Shown here piece by piece: positions 24,785 through 42,628 of a stretch of DNA of 64,000 nt. The stretch is from the NCBI GenBank assembly GCA_965153455.1, contig OZ234494.1:3844001-3908000 (forward strand), written 5' to 3'. The first letter of the stretch is position 1, and every line of letters begins with the position of its first letter. The DNA comes from Sphagnum compactum (lineage: Eukaryota). A program made the translations under genes and the position numbers. Under the pieces are notes generated by a model. It had not been told where the DNA came from and did not search any database. It saw only the letters and a program-made list of their open reading frames with translations.

Positions 24785-24930
24785 ATCAACAAACTTTGTT
24801 TGTCAATGGATTAATGAAAAATCACACAAACATTAAGTTCATTGATGGATTCAAATGAAAAGTAATGTAACATTAGGTTTGTCAATGGATGAATAAGCAA
24901 TCACACGAACATTAAGTTCGTCAATGGATA
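24785..24930. repeat. Short tandem repeat, ~39-bp unit, ~4 diverged copies
   Basis: Recurring aacatta(a/g)gtt...gtcaatggat motif. Confidence 0.7.
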
Positions 24931-25075
24931 AACCTACTTATTAATTATTTCATAGTAGTCACTTATTTGCCATCAAATTTTATAACTTTGAAACAATTAC
25001 ATCACAAACTCATTAGCTTCATCAATGTGTTCCAAGTTCACATGAAATATATTATTTCATGGGTATGATGCATCT

Positions 25076-25129
25076 ATAAGTAGGATGAAATATTTTCAAC
25101 AACCATTGAAAATATTTCATCCTACTTAT
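25076..25129. repeat. Perfect inverted repeat, 24-bp arms, 6-nt loop
   Basis: ataagtaggatgaaatattttcaa-caacca-ttgaaaatatttcatcctacttat, extendable ~10 bp with G:T pairs and one mismatch. Confidence 0.9.
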
Positions 25130-27284
25130 GTGTGCATTATACGTGTTTTAAATGCATGATTTCCAGTATCAAATTGTGGGATGTGAAGTTTGTGATGTAC
25201 GATGAACCCAATGGTTGCATCATAATTGCCAAAACATTATTATATTTCAAAAATATAATTATACTCAATGTGAGTTGTCACATAGTTGTCAATTAGTTGT
25301 AATCATTAATGTGGTTTTGCCACACCCACATTTGCCAAGGAGTTGCAATGAAAATCAATAGTAGTTGTAAACTTGTTGCATTGGAATTGCACAATCGAGT
25401 TGCATGAATTGCATACATATTTGGTTTCACATATAATGAATTTTGTCCGTTGTAATTCATACAATTCATTCAATAGCACTCATGTCATAAAAATATGTTA
25501 ATTTGTAATGAAGTTGCAAATGATCATTGCAATTCAAAATTCTAGTTGCAAGGCCAATTACAAATCACCCTATTTTCTCATAATGAAATCCTTGAAAATG
25601 GAAGGAAAATGAAAAAAATATGGCCTCGGAAAGTTGGTCATTCACATTGTGATATGAAATGTCGTATTCACCTAAAATTGATTAATAAATAACTAATAAC
25701 AATAACAATAGTAATAATATTTACTAAATTATTATTGTAATTAGTAATTAACCTAGGCTAACTATTTTGATATTTATTTTGATATTAATATTTCACTTGT
25801 TAGAACTCCTATTAACTAATAATAAATATTGAATGATAATAATAATAATACATATAAAAAATAATCAATAGGTATAATAAACCTTAGATACAATTGTAAT
25901 ATCACCTTACTATATTATGTATGTATTTTAAATATAATTTTGATATATTCAAGATATACATATATATTTTATGTATGACTGATATATTTTAATTTGCTCT
26001 AGATATTAACTATGCATGATGTTTTAATACGTCCATTAAACAAACCCCCATTGTACATTAAACCTAGACCTATGAATATTTTTGCATATTATAACATAGA
26101 TATACCTTTAATGTGTGCACAACAAACTATATTATATCTCTAGGGTTAAGCCTATGTCAAATTATTTACCAAATATTGGTTACTTTTGGAATTAATGACC
26201 CATATAAAAGCTTTCATAAATGAAAATAATGCTAGAAATCATTTAATTGAAAAATGAACAAGTCATTACTTGTAAAGTAGTCACAAAAGTGATTAGTAAA
26301 TTACAAAACTTACGTAGGTTAATTGCATGTAGTTGCAAATCAACTTGGGTTCTACCTTGCTATGCACTACCAATGATGATGAAATGACAAACAAAAAAGG
26401 GGTTTACATTTGAATTTTTAAAAAAAATTCAGATATATATAGGATTCAAATTGTACAAAATGCCATTCAATTATCATCCATAGGGAGATTTAATTTGCCA
26501 CCCATGTTTTTAATTCATTGAAAAATTGGAAGCGATTAGGGTGGATAAACATTAAATCAACTAAGCAAGTGGGGATTAAATGCTTGAATTAGGTATTTAA
26601 AAGAGAAGTTTTTATTGGAAACTATATTAATCTCAAAGAAAAAAATGTTAATTTCTTGAAATAATCTCAACATATTCAAATGAAATAACACATATTTACA
26701 TTTGTATGAAATTGGAAAGACACAAGATTCAAAAAAATATTTGAAAAGACACAAAGATTCCAAAAAACATTGAAAAAAAAAATTGTTTCTCTTTCGATAT
26801 TTTAAGATCCATAAGGACATTTTGAAGCATTACAATTTGAAAAATGTTTATTTTTTAAAATTTCCAGTTTGAAATTGACCTTTAATAAATTTGTAGTTTA
26901 GAATTGTCTTTTAATACAACTTACGACTATAGCCCATCCCACCTAAACCAGCTTCGATGATTGCATGTGACCATTAATTGCATGTTGTTGCAAATCAATT
27001 AATAATATTTTGACTTATTTTTATTAATATTTGTGACCTTAATCATTGTCTCTAAATTCTTGTAAGATAGTCGTTCCTTTTATTAAAGATTATAAAGGTC
27101 AAAATTCAAGTCCACTTCCATCCTAAGCTCACCTAACATTGGCATGGACCTTTTTCTTCTAACAATAGAGGTGTACACCCTTCCTTTTGAGTTTTCAAAA
27201 GGGAAGCTAATCATCTTCAAGAAAACATTTCAAAGAGTTTGCACAAGAATTTTCTTCCTAACATCAATTTTGAAATGTCTTCTA

Positions 27285-27705
27285 ATCCTCATTGTGCTCA
27301 CCTTAAATCTTACACAAGCCTAAGTTCAATTGCTTAGTTTTCTATTCACCCTATGATCCTATCATTTCATAACCTGAAACATATCTTCTTCAACATTCCG
27401 CACTATGTTGTGCCTCCCCCATTCGATAGGTCATGGCCTAGCCCAATGCATTTGTGGCTACCCCATGGACTTGATGGGGATACACCTTTTGCAATATTTT
27501 CGTAGGGGAAAGCACAATACTACCCATGAAACAAAAACATTTTAATAATGGAATTTCTTACTAAAAATCTTGGACTTGATGTTTCACACAAACAAACACA
27601 TGTCCACATGTCACTTTCCCTTCATTTTTCATGTCAACAAGTTGATACCATATTCATTCCAAATGAAGTTTGCACTCTAATTAATGTCGTCATCATTGAT
27701 CACAT
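27285..27705 (+). mobile_element. Degenerate C-terminal (Zn-knuckle/RLE) fragment of a CRE-like non-LTR retrotransposon
   Basis: Broken translation: HCAHLKSYTS...IA*F...LCLPHSIGHGLAQCICGYPMDLMGIHLLQYFRRGKHNTTH...GLDVSHKQ...QQVDTIF...TLINVVIID. This resembles the C-x-C...H...C / HD / D..DV pattern of RLE-type elements. Confidence 0.6.
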
Positions 27706-28169
27706 GATGCGGTTGAGATTTCACACTTATGAGAGTAGATAATGGGGGGCAAGTTTTAGCACCCAAAACATAAGGATTCAAGTTGTTTCAAGACTTAAAA
27801 GACGGGGGACAAAGTGAATTAGTAATGTTTTTGACAAACTTGAAAAGTGGCTCATTCTTTGAAAGTTATACGATTTTCATCCTTACTACTATAGTAAACT
27901 TGGCAACTTCAACTTTACTAATTATATTATTTTCAAATATGAAATTTCAATTTTTGTTTTATTCAAAGATCCCTCTGTGAAGGAAAATATAAAATCTTCA
28001 AAAATATTCTATTTATTGAAATGATTTTGCAAAAAATCAATAGACAATGTTGAAGTAGCCAAGGTAGTACAGTATTCATTATCATGACAAAAAAATCATG
28101 TCAATTTTCAGAAATTATTAGTACCATTTCCACTTCGATAGCCAAGATATCAATTTCAGAACAAAAGGT

Positions 28170-28512
28170 AGGATGAAATGGAAATGATGTAGTGGATGAT
28201 AATACATACAATGAAGTGAAAATGATAACCACAGATGAAAAAGGTCAAATGCATTTTGGGAATTATGATGATGGATGAAAAAGGTCAAATGAATTTGGAA
28301 AAGATGATAATGAATGAAGGCAAAATATTTTGGGAATGATGATCATTGATGATGGACAATGAAGGCAAAGTAATATTTGGGAGTGAGGATAATGGATGAT
28401 AAAGGAAAATGAATTTTACAAATCCTCACAATACATGATGGCAGTAGGATGGATTGAAAATGATGATAACTGATGAAAAGCAAAATGAATTGGATATGAC
28501 AACAGTGGACAA
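28170..28512. repeat. Degenerate GA-rich tandem array (~40-bp period)
   Basis: Repeated gatgataatggatgaa...aaaat(g)aattt(t)gg units. Confidence 0.7.
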
Positions 28513-29167
28513 TATCATGTCACAATAAGCAGTTTTGCATATTGCTTTATAATGTAAAATTGTCAAACCCAACAAATAAAACACAAGAACTGCAGAAAGT
28601 ATTAAAGAGAATGTGGGATTCTAGCAGAAAATTGTTGCGCAAACACAAAAGCATTGAAGATTGTGTAAAACATCCAATACCCAACACCCAACACCCAGTA
28701 CCCGACACCGAACACCCAGAGATCAAATAGGTTCATAGTTTGACCAGCAGTGTAGTTGTTTCTTAGACAAAGTAGACATGGAGTGATTTGGACTCCAACT
28801 GGTAAGAGCCAACAAAATAACAAAGAATAATTGGAAATTGTTCATGCTAGCAAGTCAGACCACAGAGGAAGAATGCTGTCACTCTTGTGAGAAACCATAA
28901 ATCGGAAAAGTTTGCCAAAAAAAAGTACACCCAATTGGATGCCCATTCCTTCTGTGTGTGATCCTAGTAGCATCTGCCAATCCCACCTTCCTGGAAAGGT
29001 AAAGCCTGTAATGAACCCAAGCTTAAATGAATTCATGCTTGCCTCTCCAAGCCTAATCAGAAGTCTGAGACATATGTTGACTGATGAATAGTGAGTGAGC
29101 AGGTGCTGTAGCCTACATCTCTTGAAACTGATGTGCCCAACCTGACAAAGGTCTGGCTAGGAGAGAT

Positions 29168-34208
<5,041 letters not shown>

Positions 34209-34389
34209 CGCTACACCACCCACTGTGTTGAGTTGAAACTGCACACAGTTCAGTTGGGTGGGATGAGTGGGTGCGTGCGTGCGTGCTGAAACCTGAGAAA
34301 CACAGACACAAAACCCCAATTCAAAACCGCGCAACGAAGTAGCACCCAACAAATCCCGCCCAAACTGAGCAACTACTTCTGGTCATTCA

Positions 34390-34413
34390 AGCCCACTAAA
34401 CCCTAAACCCTAA
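34390..34413 (-). promoter_or_regulatory. Site II (TGGGCT) plus tandem telo-boxes (AAACCCTAAACCCTAA) ~190 bp upstream of the DDM1 ATG
   Basis: agccca at 34390-34395 and AAACCCTAAACCCTAA at 34398-34413. This motif pair is known from plant proliferation and translation gene promoters. Function here is untested. Confidence 0.5.
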
Positions 34414-34444
34414 TGTTGTTTAGACTCTGGAAAATGCTCTGTTA

Positions 34445-34678
34445 TGAAATTCTGCGGCAGAATTCTGTGCAAATGGTAGCTCTGCAATGAAATTCTGCAC
34501 TACATTTCTGTTCAAATGGGTAGGTTCTGCAAGAGAATTCTGTGCAAATGGGTAGCTCTCCAATGAAATTCTGCAATACAATTTCGTGCAAAATGGGTAG
34601 GCTCTGCAGTGTTGCAATAGAATTCTGTGCAGATGGGTAGTTCTGCAATGAAATTCTGCAATAGAATTCTGTTCATGC
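34445..34678. repeat. Minisatellite, ~40-bp unit (gaaattctgc...aattctgtgcaaatgggtagctctgcaat), ~6 copies, immediately upstream of the DDM1 promoter
   Basis: Recurring tgcaaatgggtag, ctctgcaatgaaattctgca and agaattctgtgc. Confidence 0.85.
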
Positions 34679-35213
34679 AAAGTTCATTTTTCGTATGGAA
34701 TTTAATTTGCTGTGTGAATCCAGCAAATGCACAGATTCTTCTGCCACAGATTGATTTCTGCCTTGTTCAAAAATACCACACAAGAGTTGACACCAAAATA
34801 AAATTTATACAACACGCACCTACCTATCAAATTTTGGTTACCAAATTCTTCTCTTGTTTTGATATGAAACCTTGCTTCAATTTCTATTACCATATCTAAT
34901 ATTCATGTAATCTAGTTATGAATAATCTCTTCAGCTCTACACAACAACTTCAAGGTGGTGGTGGTGGTGGTGGTGTGCAAAAACCTTCTCAATCAAACCA
35001 CTTTGTTTACTTCCAAACTTTGTTTTGTGAATCCACCAAGTGCACAGAAACAATAAAGAATGATTTTTCCTTGCACCAATTCCTTCAACATAAAAATAAA
35101 TTGGATTGTTCATACACACATAAGAATATTTGTCACATTCTTTTTCCAATACAATCGGTATTTTAAAAGTAAGCATAAAATAATAACAAAACTAATCATA
35201 AAAATATTATACA

Positions 35214-35652
35214 TCTATCTATGAAGAAAGGTAGTTTGTTTTGTTTTCTTACACTAAGATCTTCCAAATCACATTGTTTCATGACGCACTCTTGATATCT
35301 TTGGAAAACTCTCGATGAGTAAAGGTGCACAAACTTGGTTTGAAACTGATTGGAACCATGATATGGAAGCTTTTCATTATTAAACCATTGTCTCAATGAA
35401 AACTAGATAAATTGAAACTGAAAAGTATACAAGAATTTCGGGGTGTTCTTGGTGATATTGGAAAGCTCTTAGCAAACTAGATTTAGTAGAGTTTATGTCA
35501 CAATTTCCAGAGCCAAGGTGTGAAAGATATTGATTTTTGTGTGGATTTTGTTGCTGAAAATTCAATCAAATTACAAAAATTGGGGTTGGAAGGAAAAATC
35601 AGTTGAACCTTCAATGTGTTCACAGTTGGGCCAATGGCACATGCTACAATAA
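35214..35652 (+). mobile_element. Non-autonomous Helitron-like element, family A, copy 1 (3' end degenerate)
   Basis: Begins A|TCTATCTATGAAGAAAGGTAGTTTGTTT and ends ttgggccaatggcacatgctacaataa. Homologous at both ends and internally to 61818-62345 (-), which retains CTAG|T. Confidence 0.7.
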
Positions 35653-36194
35653 TTAAAGTTAGTAAAGTGTAACAAACATGGCATTGGAAGCCCATGTTTG
35701 TTGGATTCACAAGTTGTAACTTCAAACTTGGCACCAAAAATGTCTAAAGGGCCATGATAGGGGATGAAACTATTTTTTCGTCGTCAACTTGGCATGAAAT
35801 GAATTTGATGTCAAATTGTTCTACTTGGTGCATTTGTAAGTTTTTCTTCTATATCATGAATATGACCTCATTGGTGTGAAAGGAACATTTTTGTGTCGCT
35901 ATTTTTTGTTGCAATGGCATCTTTTTGAATAAAAAAGAGTTGGTTTACAGTTGTGGGTAAAACCATAGCATGGAAAACTTTTAAAATTGTGAAATTTGAG
36001 AATGTCTCTTACCATCACACAATTATTATACATGTGGTATTCCAAGGCTTTCTTCTGAAACTTGGTTGCAATTTGAATTAGAATCCTTAGAGTGTTGCAT
36101 CATGGCAACTGACTCGCTAGAGATGTTGACAATTGACATTTTGTATAAAAATTATCATTATGTAAATGGAAAAGAATTCCATTATCTTTGGCCA

Positions 36195-37890
36195 TTTGAT
36201 TGTGTTGGTGATCATGGTCTTGATGATTTTGATTATGTTTCCAATCATGGTTTTGGTCATCATCCTTATGATTTTAATGAATCAATCATTAACCCAAAAC
36301 ATTTGGTGGTTTTTGTGTTGTGATTCAACTTTTGATTATGATTATAGTAATCACCTTTATGATTATGGTTAACCAATGGTCCTTAAACCATCATATTCAA
36401 CTTCAAATCATGGTCTTGATGTTCTTGATTTTGCTTATGATCATGGTTTTGATTATCATCCTTTTGATTTTGCTTAAACAATGTTTAAATCATCATATTT
36501 GACGCGCTCCTCGGTCCCGGGGTGAACCCACTTGAGGGTTCACCAATGTGAAGTTGCGGAAAGTTGGGACCGAAAGGCACGCTCCTGGCTTCCAACTCTA
36601 GAAAGGGGTAGAGGGTCGAGTTGGGAGCCCAGGGATTAGACTAGGAAGAGGGACTAGCTTAGCTTGTGTGAATCTGCATCCACAAACCAACCACAAGAGG
36701 TTAGTTTAGCATTCGGGACACCCTTGGGTGTTGGGACAAGCCACGGGCACTTGGACACATAAGACCCACCACGGTCCGGACTCGGGGGAAGCCACCACCT
36801 TCCCCCATATAGTATTCTCTGCAGCTCGCCACGGAGGCTACATCCAAATGGCACATTTTGTTGGGACTCCCGAAATGGAGTCCCGAAACTATCCCGGCGG
36901 GACTCTCGGAACTTTGAATGGTCATAACTCTCAATTTCGAAGTCCGATTGTAACGAGGTCTAAACCGAAGTTGTAGCCCTCGTCAAGATCTTTCCAACGC
37001 CATGTCGCACTCCCTGAGACGACGTCGGGAAAGGGTCGATTCCCGACTTTTAGTGGTCGGGAGTCAAATTGCCAGTTTGACTCCCGGACCTTCTTTTGCC
37101 CATAACTTGGGCTGCAAATGTTCGAATGGCCAATGCGAGGCCATTTTCGATATCTACGTTTCAAGACCTTTCCAATGACACCAAGAACACCTCAATGCAA
37201 GGTGTTTTGGGCCTTGCTGTCGAGCTCTAAACATTCGGGAGTCCCTGAGGACTCCAAACCTCCAACTTTTCCAAGTGTTGGGCTTCACCCCCCACACTTG
37301 GCCAAAGTGGGGTTGCGACAATATTTAGCTTCAAATCATAGTCTTGGTGCTTTTAATTCTACTTATGATCATGGTCGTGGTCATCATTTTCTTGATTATG
37401 TATTAGTAGTCATGGTCTTGGTGCTTTTAATTCTACTTATGATCATGGTTGTGGTCATCATTTTCTTGATTATGTATTAGTAGTCTTGAGCCCAAACTAC
37501 ATATATATATTTTGGTTTTGGTATTCTTGATTTAATTTTGAATGGTTGCTTTGATCATCATCCTTTGGATTTTAGTGAAACCATTTATAAACTAAATTAT
37601 TCAACTTTAGATCTTGGTCTTGATGGTTTTTATTCTATCTATGATCATGATTATGGATTAATAGTCCTTAACCCTACACTACATGTGGGTTTCGTGATCT
37701 TGGTGTTCTTAATTTTACTTTGGATCATTATTCTAATCGTCATCCTTTTGATTTTAATGAAACAATTTATAAGCATTCATGGTTTTGGTTCTATTTATGA
37801 TCATGGCTATGGTCATCATCATATTGATTTTAGATTAATAGTCCTTAACCCTAAATTGAAAATGGTATTAATGGTCTTGATGTTCTAGAT
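36195..37890. repeat. Long degenerate low-complexity array (gatcatggt(c/t)ttg(a/g)t...ttttgatt) interrupted by a solo LTR; includes a near-exact 74-bp tandem duplication at 37336-37483
   Basis: The same motifs recur on both sides of the LTR. Units 37336-37409 and 37410-37483 differ at ~2 positions. Confidence 0.75.
36500..37320. mobile_element. Solo LTR (821 bp) of an LTR retrotransposon
   Basis: TG...CA termini with a short terminal inverted repeat (TGACGC...GCGACA), a perfect 5-bp TSD ATATT (36495-36499 and 37321-37325), GC-rich relative to flanks, no internal coding region. Confidence 0.9.
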
Positions 37891-38519
37891 TAAGCATCCT
37901 ATTTAGGTTTTAGTCATGTTCCCCACGATTTTAATGAAGCAAAACCCAATGCCAAAATAATGTTAGTATTGCACATAGACATGTCAGCAAGGCTAACAAT
38001 CGTCTAAATGTTTCCAACATAAAATTTGGTTTGACCAATATAAAATTGAATAATTGAAAATAAAAGTCACAAAAGAAAACTAATGCACAATCCATGCCCC
38101 CTATGGAATGCACAAAGGGCCCAACAAAGAGGATATGAAAAATTGTTCAAAAAATCTAAATTGAACATTAATTAACAATCCCCAAATCTAGCATATCCAG
38201 CCCCTTTTTTTTTACTAGCAAAATTTCACCTAAAAATGAGGTGATTTTCAATAATTTCCATTACATAAAAAATTAGGGAGGAAAAAAAAGCAAAAATCCC
38301 CAAATTTCTATATTTGGTTTGCAGTGTGTAGCCATGAATATAATAAAAGGGTTAACTAGAGATTTGTACTCCATATCTGGTTATAGCCAGATTTGGCTAA
38401 ATATTCCTAAGGATGATCGCCATTTTTTCTACGTCTTAGTATGTGTGATCGCCATTAAACCCACATAAAGAAATTCCCAAAAAAAACACTGCTAACAACT
38501 CCAAAACTCTAAAACCCTG

Positions 38520-38615
38520 AAACCCTAAAAACCCATTAAAAAGCTTTCAGAAACCCTAAATTGCTGTCGGAGGCATTCATGAGCTTGCGACAAAGCTCTG
38601 AATCCATTAGGGTTT
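38520..38615 (+). promoter_or_regulatory. Telo-box cluster upstream of the cyclophilin gene
   Basis: AAACCCTA at 38520 and 38551, and TAGGGTTT at 38608. A probable 5'UTR intron runs from cag|gtaatg (~38803) to ttttgcag (~39318). Confidence 0.5.
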
Positions 38616-39387
38616 CGAGTGTTCCTTGATCACAATCTGATTTGTTGCAGCGACACATCTCTCTCACTGTGCAGCCGTAATGCTGCCAAGATTGTTTTGT
38701 GCAGTAGCCTGGGAGCATTTTGATACACGTATCTTAAGTACTTGGAAGAAAGACGAAAGGCAGAGTACTGGACAGGCGGCTGTGGTTGTGGCAGAAGAGC
38801 AGGTAATGTGTCTTGAGAGCATGATGCACTTGTTGTTGTTGCGGTTGTGGATGTGCTTAGATATTGCCAAGGCTCAATTGCAATTTTTTTTTTGTTTGTT
38901 TGCCGGATTGCGCTTGAGTTTGAAGCCTTTTTTTCTTTGTGTATCAGAATTTTTTCAGCTTTGTTTTTGTTCTTTCAACATTCGAATTGCAAATTTTGTT
39001 CTTGTTGCTGCACGGGAAGAGATTGTGTTCTTGTTGCTGGATGTGAGGAGATTTTGCTCTTGTTGCTCTATGTGAAGAGATCGTGCTCTTATTGTTGCTC
39101 TATATGAAGAGATTGTGTTCTTCTTGTTGCTCTATGCAAGAGATAGAACTTGAAACTAGTTGCTGCACAATTGAAGGCTACTGAACATTCTCTTTGCGCT
39201 GAGATTGAGCTTTTGTTGTCAAATTCTGTTCATGTGATTTGTGAGTTTTTAGGGTTTCACTTGTTGCCAAATTGGCTGGGTTTTTTTCTGGTCTTCTGAA
39301 AGATAGATCCTTTTGCAGGCAAGAGTTTTTTGTTCAGGAACCGATTGCTGATTGAGAAGAAGAAGCTACAGCATTCAGAAATCAGAA

Positions 39388-41735
39388 ATGGTTAGTCATT
39401 CCTCCTCAAGCACCTGCTATATGCATGCATCTTTTTCCTTATCTATAGCCAACTCCATCTGGAGCCAATGAAGTCAGTGTGTAGTAATGGTGGCAGGTCC
39501 TCATTGCTGATTGTGATGAAGATGGTGATGGTTTAGGGTTTAGGGAGGGTTTGTGAGGGACTCACATACAGTTATGACTGCACTCATGGTTGCGGTACCT
39601 TCAAATGGTTGTTGTGGAGATTTCTCTCCTATTTCATAGATGTGTATCTTTATGTATCCTCATGATGACCAGTTGATTCATCCTGATATTCACATGGTCT
39701 AAATACTCTACAACATGGTGCTGCTTTGCCTACTGCTTTGTGGACTACTTTGCAGGAGAAGTTGTTGTTCACTGTCTTGTGTCTCAGGAAGTTACATTGT
39801 AAGGTAGTGCCTGTGGGGACTAAAATGTAAAGCTTACAGGGTGTGAGTGTCAATCTCATATATATATATATATATTTTTTGGGTTTCTGGTGGCGGTTGG
39901 TTTTATGCAGTCAGTGACATTGCATACAAATGTGGGAGAACTCAAGTGTGAGATTTTCTGTGATGAGGTCCCTAAAACTGCTGAGGTTTGTGTTTCTCTC
40001 CACTTTCCCTCCTCTTCTGTCTCTCTCTCTAATTCTTTCCTTCTGTCGCTCTATCTCATGAGGCCACAACAGCAAGCTGTCATATGAGCCACACCCACTC
40101 TCCTCCTCTCTTGTGCTGTGCTGTCTTTCTTTTTTGTTTTATATTCTGTTTGTATCTCTGGGTGTGATCTCTCATTATCTTTTTCTCTTCTCTTAGTCCA
40201 GTCTAGTCTTATGAGACCTGCACAGTCTCTTCTCTTGATCTGTGTTTCCATTTTTTTTTCCCCCCTAGTCTTTTTTCTTGTATCTCTCTGTGTTTGATGT
40301 CTCCTTCTTGTCTTTGGTCTTCTCTTAATTCTGGTGTATGACAAGTTATTGCTTTGCTCCATTGTTTCATTCTTTCCTTCTCTTTTGCTGTCTCTCACCC
40401 TCGGGGTGGACTTCTTAATGTCAATCTTGATTGCTAGGCTTACCAGAACTCTGCATGCAGATGTTTATGTAATCATTTGCCCTAACTTCGTAACAGATTA
40501 GTGTGTGTATCAGGGTGTGTATATTGTGTGTACATTGTTTTATTCTACCCATGTGTGCAATTGTGCCATACATGAGTCTGGTGGTGGTGAGTGTTCTGCA
40601 CTTGTTAGGGAATACATAGGGATTTGATCCTTTAAAATGTGTCCCTTTTGCTGTGTGACTTGTAAGACTCTTGCATGGGCCCTCTACCTAAGCATTCAGA
40701 TTCTGCTTCTCTCCTGATAGTGGTTAAGATTTTGGTTTCCCAGAATTTCTTAGCTCTATGTGCAAGTGGATATTATGATGGCACAATATTTCATCGCAAC
40801 ATAAAGGGTTTCATGATACAAGGTGGTGATCCTACGGGTACTGGCCGTGGTGGCAACAGCATATGGGGCCGTAAATTCAACGATGAGATTCGAGAATCTT
40901 TGAAAGTAAGACTCTCTTTCCTGCAAGTAATGTTATCAATTTTTTTGTTTTGCTTCATTGATTTTCTTCCTGTGCTCTACCCATTTTGATCCATTATGAA
41001 GACAGCACCTATCAGTGATGCTAATGATGCAAAATGAAAGTTTTAGAAGTATGATTCCTTGCAAGGACAAAACATCCTAGGTACTGGATTTCAGGCCTCA
41101 GAAATGAAAATGTAGGTTCTACACATCTGAATTTATCAATAAGTTTTGGTTGGGGACCAGAGATTTGCTCATGTTGTGGCCAAAAGCTGTTGATGGGCTG
41201 CAATTGTTTTGTGGCATTGTTATCATTTAATTATCAACTAATTATTGGATTCATCTGTGCAGCACAATGCAAGAGGCATTTTGTCAATGGCCAATAGTGG
41301 GCCAAATACAAATGGGAGCCAATTTTTTATTACATATGCTAAGCAGCCACATCTGAATGGACTGTACACGATTTTTGGGCGTGTCATTCATGGCTTTGAA
41401 ACTCTTGATGTCATGGAAAAGGTATTTTCAATCATGTGTCTTTTTCCAGCTGCTCTGGCCATCCATGAGAGAAGAGTCCTTCCTCACTTTGAGGTTTCTT
41501 AAATGTAGCTGCAAATGCTTGAGAAGAGCTCAACTTCCTTCAACTTTCAAGCTCTTTGCTACACATCAAGTAGTGGGAAGAAAGCTGTGTCATAACATTT
41601 CATGTTGAAGGTATTATTCTTGTAATGCAATGTTTGATTATTTGGTTCCAGACACCAACAGGAGCTGCAGATAGACCCCTTGCGGAGATTCGGTTGAATC
41701 GCATCACAATACATGCAAATCCTCTTGCTGGGTAG
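39388..41735 (+). CDS. PPIL3: Peptidyl-prolyl cis-trans isomerase, PPIL3/CYP18-1-type single-domain cyclophilin, 160 aa
   Basis: Coding exons 39388-39390 (ATG only), 39911-39985, 40744-40905, 41263-41421, 41652-41735, total 483 nt. Protein: [60 protein letters not shown]...[19 protein letters not shown]...[10 protein letters not shown]. Confidence 0.96.
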
Positions 41736-42544
41736 ACCCACATTATGACGAGAATTTCAGTGATCTGCATTAAGACTACAAATTTGGTGATCTGCATTAG
41801 AACTTTGAAAATTTGCTTGAGAGGTTCTCAATGCCTATTTTTGTATGGTTCTCTCTTTTCATTCAAGGTGTTTATATAGTGATTTGAAATTTGAATTTGT
41901 GGACTTAAAATATGCAAGAAAGGTAGAGGAAATTAGTTCCCAACATTATCTTGCATGAGACCTACACACAAATGTGATATGAGATGTTTTAGGGGATGCA
42001 TGGTGCATGGTACCCTAATTTCTTTTAGGGCAAGAAATGAGGTTTGTAAGCTTAACTGGTAACGAAGGAAGAAGGTACATATATTAGCTTACATGGTAGG
42101 AAAGGAAGTAAAACATGCAGTCTTTATGTAGACATAAACACATGATGAATTCTACTGAATTCACTTTCTTGGACAATGTCCTTGCAACCTCTTTTTTATC
42201 AGCTTCATCCCTGAGTAATTTCATCCATGTGGTATGGTTTGTTTGTGCATCAAATTCGTCCATGTAGATGATTTTGTCCATTGTTCATATGATCAATTTC
42301 ATGGTCAATTCATCCATAAGCACAAACTCAACCATGTAAAATATGATTCATTTGTATCAAGTTTTTGAATTTAAAGGATCAGTTTTAGGGATGCTATTGT
42401 AATTTGGCCATTTATGAATAGGTGCATCTTTGTGGTCAATTTCATACATGAACCATGTTTCATCCATTGGTTTCTACCTTGTCATGAATTTTTGCTTGAG
42501 GTTTTATTTCATTCTTGTTGTCAAATGTCATTCATTCAACAATA

Positions 42545-42628
42545 AATGAAGGAAATACAAAATAATATTTAAAATAATGAATGAAATATTCATTTCAATG
42601 TTAATATTCATTTTGTATTTCCTTCATT
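42545..42628. repeat. AT-rich inverted repeat, ~25-bp arms
   Basis: aatgaaggaaatacaaaat-aatatt ... aatattcattttgtatttccttcatt. Confidence 0.75.

Noticed and set aside
34445..34678. Regularly spaced repeats that could be mistaken for a CRISPR array
   Set aside because: Units are degenerate and contiguous with no unique spacers, there are no cas genes, and the context is eukaryotic.
36066..37888. Hydrophobic membrane-protein-like ORFs (e.g. 36166-36372, 37538-37888)
   Set aside because: They are translations of a T-rich low-complexity array and of LTR sequence.
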